A DNA stretch of 64,000 nucleotides, from contig CAVYAY010000002.1 of the NCBI GenBank assembly GCA_963766645.1, positions 1,318,529 through 1,382,528 of the forward strand, written 5' to 3'. How positions within the stretch are numbered: the stretch's first letter is position 1; every line of letters starts with the position of its first letter. Made by a program: the position numbers and the translations under genes. The stretch comes from an uncultured Chloroflexia bacterium. Its GTDB lineage: Bacteria; Chloroflexota; Dehalococcoidia; DSTF01; WHTK01. The notes beneath the pieces were generated by a model that was not told the origin of the DNA, did no database searches, and was given only the letters and a program-made list of their open reading frames with translations. Shown one piece after another: positions 28,601 to 36,426 of the stretch.

Positions 28601-29089
28601 GCGGCACTCCTGCAACGTGGCGTCGTGGCCGACTCGCTGCAGCAGAAGCTGGAGGACTCAGCGTCGCAGTCGAGCGCGTTCCAGTATCTCTTCGAAGGAT
28701 TCATGGGGCTGGGGCTGATTGTCGGCATCGCGGCGCTGGGTGTGATCGCGTTCCGAACGGTGGCGGAGCGCCGCCAGCAGATCGGGATGTTGCGGGCAAT
28801 CGGCTACACGCGGAGATTGGTTGCGCTGTCCTTCTTCATGGAGTCGTCGTTCATCGCGCTGGCCGGCATCGGCATGGGGCTGTTCCTGGGGTCGGCGCTT
28901 TCGTACAACCTGCTGACCAGTCCGCAGTTGATCGGCGAGGCGGGGGCGAAGATCAACTTCCACTTCCCGCTGGTGCGGCTGGTGATCATCATCGGCGTCG
29001 CCTACGGGGCGAGTGCGATCATGACGTTCATCCCGGCACGCAGTGCGGCACAGGTGCCAGTTGCGGAGGCCCTGAGATACGCTGGTTAG
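25682..29089 (+). CDS. large ABC transporter permease with two FtsX-type domains and extracytoplasmic MacB-like domains
   Basis: 1135 aa. N-terminal LRNVVRRKTQTTL, the first FtsX 4-helix unit (..AERRSEMGMARAVGMKR..), a central polytopic hydrophobic region and a second FtsX unit (..AERRQQIGMLRAIGYTR..) at the C-terminus. Confidence 0.85.
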   Translation: MDNLFGVPLSSFLIALTLLVILIGGVLVWIWWRNPLLVRMGLRNVVRRKTQTTLIVIGMMLATLIVSAAFATGDTVGYSVTNQIYNDLQGADVVLAFDRNAATTGVTELSDADVAGLRQALRDDPDVEGVSGVVQTRVPAINTEDKRAEPLATLAGVDPDSVDVLGGLTALNGQQLSATGLADNRVYITKRLSEEIDRGPGDSLTIYYANKPVELVVTDVVRDNAMTSSNEGQDSFSSTTGGIVTSLEQWRAITGDETRIDLIAVSAVGGVRDSLSRVDGVEKTVQDYIDASGAPMEVILTKQDLVDLAELIGSIFVTFFVVFGLFSIAAGVMLIFLMFIMLAAERRSEMGMARAVGMKRMHLTESFVAEGMAYNIGSAMVGALLGLAVAGLLIWIMAQIFSDFGLGITFHFNPQGFVIAYFLGLVITFITVAFSSWRAANLNIVEAIRDLPDQARLSPKEGSLRKLLPATVAVVWTLAWIAMVVIWGVAAFLFFTLGLTTYGAGMIGGGLLAGAYVWGVTRVNRQWGALSMRGRIGYVLWWVGFSAMAFVTWLLFRTRRWAGEHRNMGGWAVWALMIGAVATWWGGWPGNMAFAYTAGTTLFIFAIAMLAVYFGANARRAFTIASLLILWYWLLPLPFSFFVDDASNYSDPLLQLAKLLGVAPADEVVGDIEMFFVSGIAMTSAATLFVIFNADRLLSAVNALTRLLGGITPAMRMAISYPLASKFRTGMTLAMFTLVVFSLVVMATLNSNFTQLFLGQDAKGGFDVRVFASSSNRIPDLGAALQDTGYDVGANITGIGTLLTDDPQVKVTGSDEDFATYPVQGMDKEFVDLARFPLTTRAIGYESDAAVFEALLNDPTLAIVDESRTAPAGGFGGDNNDFRLGPSTEELRKTPWEPIPVTVRDAKTGKEVELRVIGVLEPQVTSVTFAWAALFTQRSVVEDYLGGGEMESFYLTTRDPSKKATVEVASSIEAALLQRGVVADSLQQKLEDSASQSSAFQYLFEGFMGLGLIVGIAALGVIAFRTVAERRQQIGMLRAIGYTRRLVALSFFMESSFIALAGIGMGLFLGSALSYNLLTSPQLIGEAGAKINFHFPLVRLVIIIGVAYGASAIMTFIPARSAAQVPVAEALRYAG

Positions 29090-29115
29090 CGCGGCAAGGC
29101 GGTAGAATCGTTGAT

Positions 29116-29322
29116 ATGAAGACCGAGTTTTACGAATCGGACCCGTTTTCGCCACAGAAGGCGGCGCTGCTGCTGCGAATCGACACGGACTACCGCTTTG
29201 AGAAGGGCGAGGAGGTCGTGATCGCGGAGGGTGGCAAGACCGTGAAGGTACGCGTGCTGGACGTCAGGGTGCGCATCGACGCCGGGGTGCTGAGCCGCGA
29301 AGTCCTCGGGCTTAAGCTATAG
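29116..29322 (+). CDS. hypothetical small protein
   Basis: 68-aa ORF with coding-like composition, tightly packed between the permease and the lipoprotein gene. No recognisable motif. Confidence 0.35.
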   Translation: MKTEFYESDPFSPQKAALLLRIDTDYRFEKGEEVVIAEGGKTVKVRVLDVRVRIDAGVLSREVLGLKL

Positions 29323-29331
29323 GCAGAGATC

Positions 29332-29994
29332 ATGTCGTACTTTCCTGCCCGCCTCGGCTTCGCGCTTCTTGGCTTCGTCGTGCTTACGTTGATCGCGTGC
29401 AAAGGCGACGACAAACCGACTGCAACCTCTACCGCGCCTGCGGCAGTAACGGCAGCAGCGACGCCGGCGCCGACTGATACGCCGCCGGCAGCCACCGAGA
29501 CGCCGGCGCCAGAGCTTATCGACCCGTGCAGCTTGCGCGAATCACTGGAGGGCCAGCCGCTGACCGACGGCCCGTCGTTTGCGCTGGACGGCGGGGCAGG
29601 CTGGCAGCTGTGCATCGGAGGCGCCGCGGCGGGGAGCAGCGAGAAGTACCTCTTCGGGACGGCGGACGGCGGCGTCAGCTGGACGCTGCTCTCGATGACG
29701 ACGCTGGGCAGCCCGACACCTGAGCCGGGCGTCGGCGAACTGCCGAACGGCAACGCCGCGGAGGCTTTGTTCTTCACTGACGCGGAGAAGGGGTGGCTGG
29801 GGTTGAGCAGCCCGGGGCAGAACCTCTACCACAGCGACGACGGCGGGGTGAGCTGGAGCGCGGTGGCTGGATTGTCGCCGGGCCTGCCCGTTACCGCGAT
29901 CGACTTTTCGGACGCGGACACCGGGACGCTGACGACGCCGGACGGGGACTGGACGACGGCCGACGGCGGCGCGACGTGGGCGCCGGCGCCCTAA
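29332..29994 (+). CDS. lipoprotein with BNR/Asp-box repeats
   Basis: Lipobox TLIAC and a PT-rich linker. Three Asp-boxes: TADGGVSW, SDDGGVSW and TADGGATW. Confidence 0.65.
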   Translation: MSYFPARLGFALLGFVVLTLIACKGDDKPTATSTAPAAVTAAATPAPTDTPPAATETPAPELIDPCSLRESLEGQPLTDGPSFALDGGAGWQLCIGGAAAGSSEKYLFGTADGGVSWTLLSMTTLGSPTPEPGVGELPNGNAAEALFFTDAEKGWLGLSSPGQNLYHSDDGGVSWSAVAGLSPGLPVTAIDFSDADTGTLTTPDGDWTTADGGATWAPAP

Positions 29995-30066
29995 GCCATT
30001 TGACTAGTTATGTAAGGCCGTTTACCTTATAGCTCCCCGTCGACCCTTCTCAGGAAGGGTTTCTTC

Positions 30067-30864
30067 ATGATGATGAGAGCTTCGCGACTGCTGCCGCTGC
30101 TGATCTTCGCGCTGGCTTTGCTGGCGTCGGGCTGTGGCGTGCCTTTGCCAGCGCCGCAACTGACGGCCACGGCGGAGAGCCAGCTGCCGCCGCCAGCGCT
30201 GGACCGGAGCGGCAGCCAGGTGCAGTCGGCCAGCTCCGGCGCGCCGAGCAACAGCGCCCTCAGCCTGCAGCAGACGGTGATCGACAAGAACCCTCCCTCC
30301 GCCCTCGCGCCACTCGAGGACGACGAGCTTGAGGGTGCGACCGCTGTTCCGGAGGAAGCCGACGCGGTCGAAACACCGGAGGCCGACGCGGTCGAGGCAG
30401 ATACGCCGGAACCCGTAATCGAGCTACCAACGCCGGAAGCGCCGACGCCGACACCGGAGCCAGAGGTAGACGCTTCGCTCTACCCGCAGGAGATGCTCGC
30501 GCTGCTGAACCAGTACCGCCACGAGATTGGCATCCCGGAGCTGCAGTTCGACGCGACGCTGACAGCCTCGGCGATGGCGTACGCGGAGTACATGGCGACG
30601 ACGAATTTCTTCGGCCACTATCCGCCCAGCGGGTCGACGCCGTCAGGGCGGATCGCCGCGGCGGGTTTCGAGGGGCAATACGAAGGTGAGGCGCTGTCGG
30701 CGGGGCAGCCATCGCCGGCGGTGGCGCTGAGCCGGCTGCTGGGCAGCTCGGCGCACGCGGCGATCCTGCTCAACCCGAACGCGGTGCTTGCGGGCGTGGG
30801 CTACTACTACGACGCGAACAGCTACTACGGCTACTACTGGTCGGTGGTTACGGCGAAGCCCTAG
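30067..30864 (+). CDS. secreted CAP/SCP (PR-1-like) domain lipoprotein
   Basis: Lipobox LASGC and an acidic Pro-rich linker. CAP motifs are LLNQYRHEIGIPEL, YAEYMATTNFFGHY and SSAHAAILLNPN. It is the second CAP protein in the window. Confidence 0.75.
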   Translation: MMMRASRLLPLLIFALALLASGCGVPLPAPQLTATAESQLPPPALDRSGSQVQSASSGAPSNSALSLQQTVIDKNPPSALAPLEDDELEGATAVPEEADAVETPEADAVEADTPEPVIELPTPEAPTPTPEPEVDASLYPQEMLALLNQYRHEIGIPELQFDATLTASAMAYAEYMATTNFFGHYPPSGSTPSGRIAAAGFEGQYEGEALSAGQPSPAVALSRLLGSSAHAAILLNPNAVLAGVGYYYDANSYYGYYWSVVTAKP

Positions 30865-30882
30865 AGCGCCAGTCCTGCCGCG

Positions 30883-30912
30883 AAAAGGCCGCCCGAAAGG
30901 CGGCCTTTTGGT
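30883..30912. terminator. bidirectional intrinsic terminator
   Basis: AAAA-GGCCGCC-CGAAA-GGCGGCC-TTTTGG lies between the CAP gene (+) and the tRNA genes (-). Confidence 0.7.
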
Positions 30913-30918
30913 TGCGTA

Positions 30919-30994
30919 TGGCGCGCTGGGAGGGACTCGAACCCTCGACCTCTGCCTCCGCAGGGCAGCGCTCTATCCGCTGAGCTACCAGCGC
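30919..30994 (-). tRNA. tRNA-Arg with anticodon GCG
   Basis: Minus strand: GCGCTGG-TA-GCTC-AGCGGATA-GAGC-G-CTGCC-CTGCGGA-GGCAG-AGGTC-GAGGG-TTCGAGT-CCCTC-CCAGCGC-G-CCA. The D-loop GGAUA gives A20, an Arg identity element. The anticodon loop reads C-U-G-C-G-G-A. Confidence 0.85.
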
Positions 30995-30999
30995 GGGAA

Positions 31000-31087
<88 letters not shown>

Positions 31088-31130
31088 GGACTCCTAGTCT
31101 ACAACGTTGAAAGGTACGGGACACCCCCGT

Positions 31131-31419
31131 GGCTTTGAAAGACGGGGACACCCCGTGCCCCGCTAAGGTGCGCACGAGACGTCCTGGTTCTTGGTTGCTA
31201 GGCCTCGATGGCCTGAGCGTTGATTTGGCTTCGAAAGACGGGGACACCCCGTGCCCCGCTAAAGGGGCGCACGAGGCGTCTGGTTCTTGGTTGCTAGGTC
31301 TCGCTGGCCTGGGCGTTGATTTGGCTTTGAAAGACGGGGACACCCCGTTCCCCGCCGAAGAGGCGCATGAGGCCTCGAAGGTCTTGGCCGCTAGGCCTCG
31401 ATGGCCTGGGCGTTAATGT
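31131..31419. repeat. three tandem ~96-bp repeats reiterating the 3' end of the yceI-like gene
   Basis: Units start at 31131, 31227 and 31323 (GGCTT[T/C]GAAAGACGGGGACACCCCGT..). Each ends with a copy of CTAGGCCTCGATGGCCTG.GCGTT.AT (31198, 31294, 31391), the reverse complement of ..INAQAIEA-stop. Only the last copy is part of the CDS. Confidence 0.85.
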
Positions 31420-31963
31420 CCAGCGTGACCTTGTCGGCGAGCATGAAGGTGCCGCCTTCCATGGGGACGTTCCAGGTCACGCCGAAGGCTGTCTTGTCGA
31501 TCTCGCCACGCATGGTGAAGCCGACTTTGCGCTTGCCGCTGATGGGGTCGAGTACGGGGCCGGCGTACTCGCCTTCGAGCGCGACTTCGCCGGTCGTGCC
31601 TTTGATCGTGAGGTCGCCGGTGACGTCAAACTTGCCTTTGCCTTTGTCGGCGACTCTCTTCGTGGCGAACTCGATGTAGGGGTTGTTCTCGACGTCGAAG
31701 AAGTCGGCGCTCTTGAGGTGGCCGTCGCGGTTGGGGTCGTGGGTGCTGAAGGTGCTCATGTCCATGCGGCCCTTGAGGCTGGAGTTGGCGGGATTCGCCT
31801 CGTCCAGATTGAGCTCCGCGTCGGCGACCGCCAGGGTGCCTTTGATGAACGACACGCCGAGGTGGCGGATGGAGAACGAGACCTGCGTGTGTGCTATGTC
31901 GACCTGCCAGGCCAAATCTGTCACCTCCCCAAAGACCAGGTGCGATTCAAAATGTGCGGCCAT
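31391..31963 (-). CDS. YceI-like (polyisoprenoid-binding) family protein
   Basis: HTQVSFSIRHLGVSFIKGTL, HDPNRDGHLKSADFFDVENNPYIEF, GDLTIKGTTGEV and DKVTLDINAQA form the YceI lipocalin-like signature. Confidence 0.8.
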   Translation of the reverse strand: MAAHFESHLVFGEVTDLAWQVDIAHTQVSFSIRHLGVSFIKGTLAVADAELNLDEANPANSSLKGRMDMSTFSTHDPNRDGHLKSADFFDVENNPYIEFATKRVADKGKGKFDVTGDLTIKGTTGEVALEGEYAGPVLDPISGKRKVGFTMRGEIDKTAFGVTWNVPMEGGTFMLADKVTLDINAQAIEA

Positions 31964-32154
31964 TCTTAGGGCTGGGGCGCCAAACCGCAAGCGCCGCATG
32001 TGGGACAAAGAGAGTCGGTGCGAGTGGGCCTCGGCCAAGGCGTCGATTCCGGGGTGCCGATCCGACCTTGACATCAACCACGGTTGCTAAACATGATTCG
32101 CAGGCTTCGCAGAGGCGGGACGCGGGACTGCATCGAGTCACAAAGGAACCTGAG

Positions 32155-33819
32155 ATGGTCGAAGAACGAAGTTGGGCAGACGAGGCCGATGTCGTGGTCG
32201 TTGGGGCAGGCGCGACGGGGCTGCCAGCGGCTATCGCGGCGTGTGAGGCCGGCGCTTCGGTACTGATCATCGAGGGCAACTTTGACATCGGCGGCCACGC
32301 GGGGATCAGCGGCGGCAACATTCCATTGGGCGGCGGCACGAGCGCTCAGGAGCGGGCCGGTATTGTGGATACGCCGGACATGCTGTTCGCCGACCTGACG
32401 GACTGGTCCGTTGTGCAGTCGAACGGTTTCCCGGACTATCGCTACAACGACCGCGAGATCATCCGCGCTTTCGCCGACTGGAGTGCACCGACGTATGAAT
32501 GGCTGCTGGAGAAGGGCGTCGTGTTCATCGACCAACCGATCGATAACCGAGGGGCGCACGGCACCGGCAACTCGGCGCCGCGAGAGGCGCATTTCGCCGC
32601 GATGGACTGGGTGCAGTTTCAGACGGGCAAGGCGCAACCGCCGGAAAGGGGGCCGACGACCTCTTCCGGCATCGGGCTGGTCCGGCCACTGGAGGCGGCT
32701 GCACGCAAGATGGGCGTCCGCATCCTGCTGAAGCACAAGATGACGTCGCTGATCCGCGACGGAGCCGGGGGCCGGGTGATCGGGCTCACTTGCACAAACG
32801 AGGGTCGGGAGCTGGATATCCGGGCGCGGAAGGCGGTGATCCTGGGGACCGGCGGATCGACGAGCAACGTGAATTTCCGGCGCATCTTCGACCCGAGGCT
32901 GACCGAGGAGTACAGCACGGCGGGCGACCCGTTCAGCCCGCAGGACGCCAGCGGCGAACTCGCGGCGATGGCGATCGGAGCCTCGTTGTGGGGCACGTAC
33001 AACCAGAGCGCGGAACACGGCATCGCGCTGGCCAAGGCGGGGCAGATCGGGACCTATCACGGCTACGGCCCGCTGATGTGGCAGCCGGGCAGCCCGGTGT
33101 TTCACCTGGCGCGGGCGACGGGACTCAAGGTGGCAGACTGGCAGAATGCGATCCTGGTGAACCAGGCCGGTTACCGCTTCTACGACGAGACCGCGCCGCA
33201 GTACATGTCGAATAACTACGAAGCCGTGCCGGACTACGTGCCGGGGAACTGGCGGAACGCGAGGGACATCGAGTACAACCCGCGCAACTTCATCAACGCC
33301 GCGATGGCGGGGACGGGCGAGGCGAGGAATGGAGGCGGGCCGATCTGGGCGATCTTCGATTCGGCGGCCGTGGCGCGTGAGGGTTGGGTGCCGGAGCCGC
33401 CTCACGTCAATGTCGCTGAGGGGTATTTCTTCAGCGGCGGCACTATCGAGGAGCTGGCTGCGAATATAAAGAACAAGTACCAGCGCGAGCCGATGCCGGC
33501 GGGCGTCCTGGCCGAGACGGTGCGGCGCTACAACAGCTTCGTCGATGCCGGCGAGGACCCGGACTTCGAGAAGCCGGCGCCGCAGTACAAGATCGAGACG
33601 CCGCCGTTCTACGCGGCGTGGTCGACGCCGGTTGTGCACGACACGAGGGCGGGGCTGCGGATCAACGCGCAGTGCCAGGTAGTGGACCTATCGGGTGAAG
33701 TGATAGCGGGGCTGTACTGCGGCGGCGAATCGGCGGGCGGCTTTGCGCAGCATGGCCTGGCGAGGTGTGTGGTGCAGGGGCGTATCGCGGGGATGACTGC
33801 GGCGGCTGAGAAGGCGTAG
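32155..33819 (+). CDS. FAD-dependent oxidoreductase (fumarate reductase / 3-ketosteroid dehydrogenase-like FAD_binding_2 family)
   Basis: Dinucleotide fold DVVVVGAGATGLPAAIAACEAGASVLIIE, VILGTGGSTSN and C-terminal GLYCGGESAGG. The ATG at 32155 is preceded by AGGAA. Confidence 0.8.
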   Translation: MVEERSWADEADVVVVGAGATGLPAAIAACEAGASVLIIEGNFDIGGHAGISGGNIPLGGGTSAQERAGIVDTPDMLFADLTDWSVVQSNGFPDYRYNDREIIRAFADWSAPTYEWLLEKGVVFIDQPIDNRGAHGTGNSAPREAHFAAMDWVQFQTGKAQPPERGPTTSSGIGLVRPLEAAARKMGVRILLKHKMTSLIRDGAGGRVIGLTCTNEGRELDIRARKAVILGTGGSTSNVNFRRIFDPRLTEEYSTAGDPFSPQDASGELAAMAIGASLWGTYNQSAEHGIALAKAGQIGTYHGYGPLMWQPGSPVFHLARATGLKVADWQNAILVNQAGYRFYDETAPQYMSNNYEAVPDYVPGNWRNARDIEYNPRNFINAAMAGTGEARNGGGPIWAIFDSAAVAREGWVPEPPHVNVAEGYFFSGGTIEELAANIKNKYQREPMPAGVLAETVRRYNSFVDAGEDPDFEKPAPQYKIETPPFYAAWSTPVVHDTRAGLRINAQCQVVDLSGEVIAGLYCGGESAGGFAQHGLARCVVQGRIAGMTAAAEKA

Positions 33820-33821
33820 CG

Positions 33822-34289
33822 CTAGGACGAGCACTCCGGGTTAGCCACCGGCCAGGTAACTCCGACGGTGAGCGCCTCATAGCATCGTTTCGAGACGTCA
33901 ACCGTCACGATGACCAGATTGAGGCCGCCCACTGTGGTGCCTCCGCCGCTCACCTCACCCCTGGCGGGCAGGTTGGCGCATTCGCCCTCGCTGAGCAGTT
34001 CCTCGTGCCCAGCGTCATCCCGGCTGACACACTCGGGAGGGGCGACGAACCCAACGTGGGCTTCATAGGTGCGAGAACGCAGAGGCAAGCCGAGGACGGT
34101 CAGCCCGCCGCTGGCCCGGAGATCAAACACGACGCCTGTAGAACCGTCGCTGGCGGGGTCGGGAATTGGTCCTGTCGCGGGTGATTCGGTCGTCGTCCGG
34201 GTCGTGCCGAAGGCGCCTGCGCCCAGCGCCACGATAATCGCGACCGCAACAACGCCTGCCAGGATCATCCAGGGTGCGTCACGACTCAT
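33822..34289 (-). CDS. hypothetical exported protein, last gene of the SipW-type cluster
   Basis: N-terminal hydrophobic segment ending ALGAGAFGTT. The mature part is Cys-containing and beta-rich. It is co-directional and 142 nt downstream of the RTX-like gene. Confidence 0.45.
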   Translation of the reverse strand: MSRDAPWMILAGVVAVAIIVALGAGAFGTTRTTTESPATGPIPDPASDGSTGVVFDLRASGGLTVLGLPLRSRTYEAHVGFVAPPECVSRDDAGHEELLSEGECANLPARGEVSGGGTTVGGLNLVIVTVDVSKRCYEALTVGVTWPVANPECSS

Positions 34290-34431
34290 GGCGTCTCCAT
34301 CGTTGCCGCGCTATGCAGCACGACGGTCTTATTGTTGAAGGAGGGGCTTTGGCAGGTGTGCTAACCGCCCCTGTGGTGCCTTTGGTTGGATTGTAGGTAG
34401 CGGCAGGCGGGGTGGCAACGCAGGCGCGGCG

Positions 34432-35760
34432 TCAGGGGGTGGCGGTTTCGGTCGGGTCCGGGGCCGCTGTTTCGATTGGGTCGGGCTCCGACGTTGGGCT
34501 GGGTGATGGCGTCTCGGTTGGCACTTGCGTGGTTGTCGGCGATGGCGAAGCGGTGGCTGTCGGCTGTGGCGTTTGGGTTGGCGAGGCGGTGGCTGTCGGC
34601 TGTGGCGTCTTCGTTGGCGTAGCGGTGGCCGTCGGCTGGGGCGTCTGCGTGGGCGACGGCGTGGCGGTTGGGGACGTCGTGGCGGTTGGGGACGTCGTGG
34701 CAGGCGTTTGCGTTGGCTCGGCAGTGGCTGTCGGAGTCGCGAGGCTGGAGACGATGGCCGGGGCTTCGTTGGAGGGCTCCGACTCGAGGCCTTCGATGAT
34801 CGCGGCGGTGACGACGTAGTAGTAGGTCGTGTCCTCGGCGACGCCGACGTCGGCGAAGGACGTGTCTGCGGTGCTGCCGAGCGGGACGTAGGGGCCGCCG
34901 GGTGTCTTCGAGCGGTAGACGTTGTAGTACATGGCTTCTTCGGCGGGCTCCCAGGTAATGACGATAGTGGGGATGGAGTGGTGGCCTTCTGCCCAGCAGT
35001 CGTAGGGGCCGCCGGGGTGCTCGCAGTTGGTGATGCTGTCGGTGCCGTCACCGCCGTCGCAGTAGTCGAAGCCGTCGCCGCCGTCGAGGGAGTCGTCGCC
35101 GCGGCCGCCGTAGAGCTTGTCGTCGTCGGGGCCGCCGTTGAGGTAGTCGGGGCCGTTGCCGCCGTAGAGGCGGTCCTCGCCGGGGCCGCCGTAGAGCGTG
35201 TCGCCGGCGTTCTGGGCGTAGAGGCGGTCGTTGCCTTCGCCGCCGACGAGGACGTCGACGCCGTTTTCGCCGTAGAGCTTGTCGTCGCCGGGGCCGCCGT
35301 CGATGCAGTCTTCGGCGTTGCCGCCGTAGATGACGTCGTTGCCGCCGAGGCCGAAGATCAGGTCACGGCCGTTGGTGCCGTGGAGCTGGTCTGCGCCCTC
35401 GGTGCCGACGACGACGTTGTCGAATTCGAGGGAGGCGCATTCGGGGGGAGGGGCGGGGTGCTCGGGCTCTGGGGTGATCCAATTGCCAGAGGCCGCCTCA
35501 GCCGGCCCAGAGACGCCACCTGACCAAGCGAGCGCGCTAGGTTGTATGAGACCAAGCAAACTGAGCAGCAGCATGACGGCGAAGAGACCAATGGCGAGGA
35601 CGTCGCGATATGCGGATCGTCTCAGTTGTGGCACCGGACTACCGATAGAGATCGTGGCCTCCGGTCGGTAACTACCAGCGTGAGGAGACCGAACTGACCA
35701 GAGAACCAGCGTTAGGAGTCCAAGCAGAAGGAGCCCAAAGAGCTTTAGGATGGCCTTCAT
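34432..35760 (-). CDS. exported protein with RTX-like Ca2+-binding nonapeptide repeats, FN3-like domain and PT-rich C-terminal tail
   Basis: At least 10 degenerate GGxGxDxL/I units ([52 protein letters not shown] ...). An FN3-like segment follows ([24 protein letters not shown]). The tail is ~110 aa of PTATxSPTQTPQ-type repeats. Two N-terminal hydrophobic segments are present, the second ending SALAWSGG. Confidence 0.7.
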   Translation of the reverse strand: MKAILKLFGLLLLGLLTLVLWSVRSPHAGSYRPEATISIGSPVPQLRRSAYRDVLAIGLFAVMLLLSLLGLIQPSALAWSGGVSGPAEAASGNWITPEPEHPAPPPECASLEFDNVVVGTEGADQLHGTNGRDLIFGLGGNDVIYGGNAEDCIDGGPGDDKLYGENGVDVLVGGEGNDRLYAQNAGDTLYGGPGEDRLYGGNGPDYLNGGPDDDKLYGGRGDDSLDGGDGFDYCDGGDGTDSITNCEHPGGPYDCWAEGHHSIPTIVITWEPAEEAMYYNVYRSKTPGGPYVPLGSTADTSFADVGVAEDTTYYYVVTAAIIEGLESEPSNEAPAIVSSLATPTATAEPTQTPATTSPTATTSPTATPSPTQTPQPTATATPTKTPQPTATASPTQTPQPTATASPSPTTTQVPTETPSPSPTSEPDPIETAAPDPTETATP

Positions 35761-35763
35761 CCG

Positions 35764-36360
35764 TTAAGCCCGGAGTCCAACCTTCCGTCGCCTCATCCAT
35801 GCTTTTGTTTCATAGAATCCCCAACCGAGAGCTGTAATACCAGCAATGAGGAGCAGGAGCTGCTGCAGCCGGAATTCCTTGAATAGGAATCCAATCTCGG
35901 GAATCGTCAAGAAGACCTTGCCCCTGAGCCTTTCAGGAGTGACGAATCCCGAGTCTTGTGTGACATTCGCATCGCCCTTCGTGCGGATCTGCCGTACGGT
36001 TTGCGTGTACTGCTCGCCGGTCTCGGAGTCCGTCACATTCACGACGAGGTTGACGAACCCAATCGCACGATGCGCAGCCAGGAACTTCAGATCTTCGCCG
36101 ACTTCGAACAGAATGATCTCACCGACCTTAACCGAGCTCGAACTCGCTGGCTTCGTCACGATGATGTCGCCGCGGCTCAGTGCTGGCTCCATGCTTCCAG
36201 ACTGAACTGTCGTAATCCTGTAACCAAGTGCCTGTGTAACGAGGAGTCCCAGAACTAGGATGCCGAGGATTGACGAGAAAAGCAGGCTCCCGAGAACGCC
36301 TGCTGCCGTTGCCAAAAGCGAAGGCTGGCCCTGTCTTTGAGCTGCTGTGTTAACGGCCAT
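35764..36360 (-). CDS. signal peptidase I, archaeal/ER (SipW) type
   Basis: VQSGSMEPALSRGDIIV, AAHRAIG and TKGDANVTQDS match the Ser/His boxes of SipW-like S26B peptidases. It has N- and C-terminal TM anchors. Confidence 0.8.
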   Translation of the reverse strand: MAVNTAAQRQGQPSLLATAAGVLGSLLFSSILGILVLGLLVTQALGYRITTVQSGSMEPALSRGDIIVTKPASSSSVKVGEIILFEVGEDLKFLAAHRAIGFVNLVVNVTDSETGEQYTQTVRQIRTKGDANVTQDSGFVTPERLRGKVFLTIPEIGFLFKEFRLQQLLLLIAGITALGWGFYETKAWMRRRKVGLRA

Positions 36361-36374
36361 GAGTCTTTCTCCGG

Positions 36375-36412
36375 GGTTGGGAGGTTGGAGGCAAACCTCT
36401 AACCTCCCAACC
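36375..36412 (-). promoter_or_regulatory. 12-bp perfect intercistronic stem-loop between the TasA-like gene and the peptidase gene
   Basis: GGTTGGGAGGTT (36375-36386) and AACCTCCCAACC (36401-36412). On the mRNA it sits 14 nt after the upstream stop and just before the GGAGAAAG ribosome-binding site of the peptidase gene. No U-tract follows. Confidence 0.6.
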
Positions 36413-36426
36413 GATTAAACTCTCGG

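Noticed and set aside
34329-35051. 240-aa minus ORF rich in P/T/R/S.
   Set aside because: It is an alternative frame of the RTX-FN3-PT gene. The composition is produced by the PT-repeat DNA.
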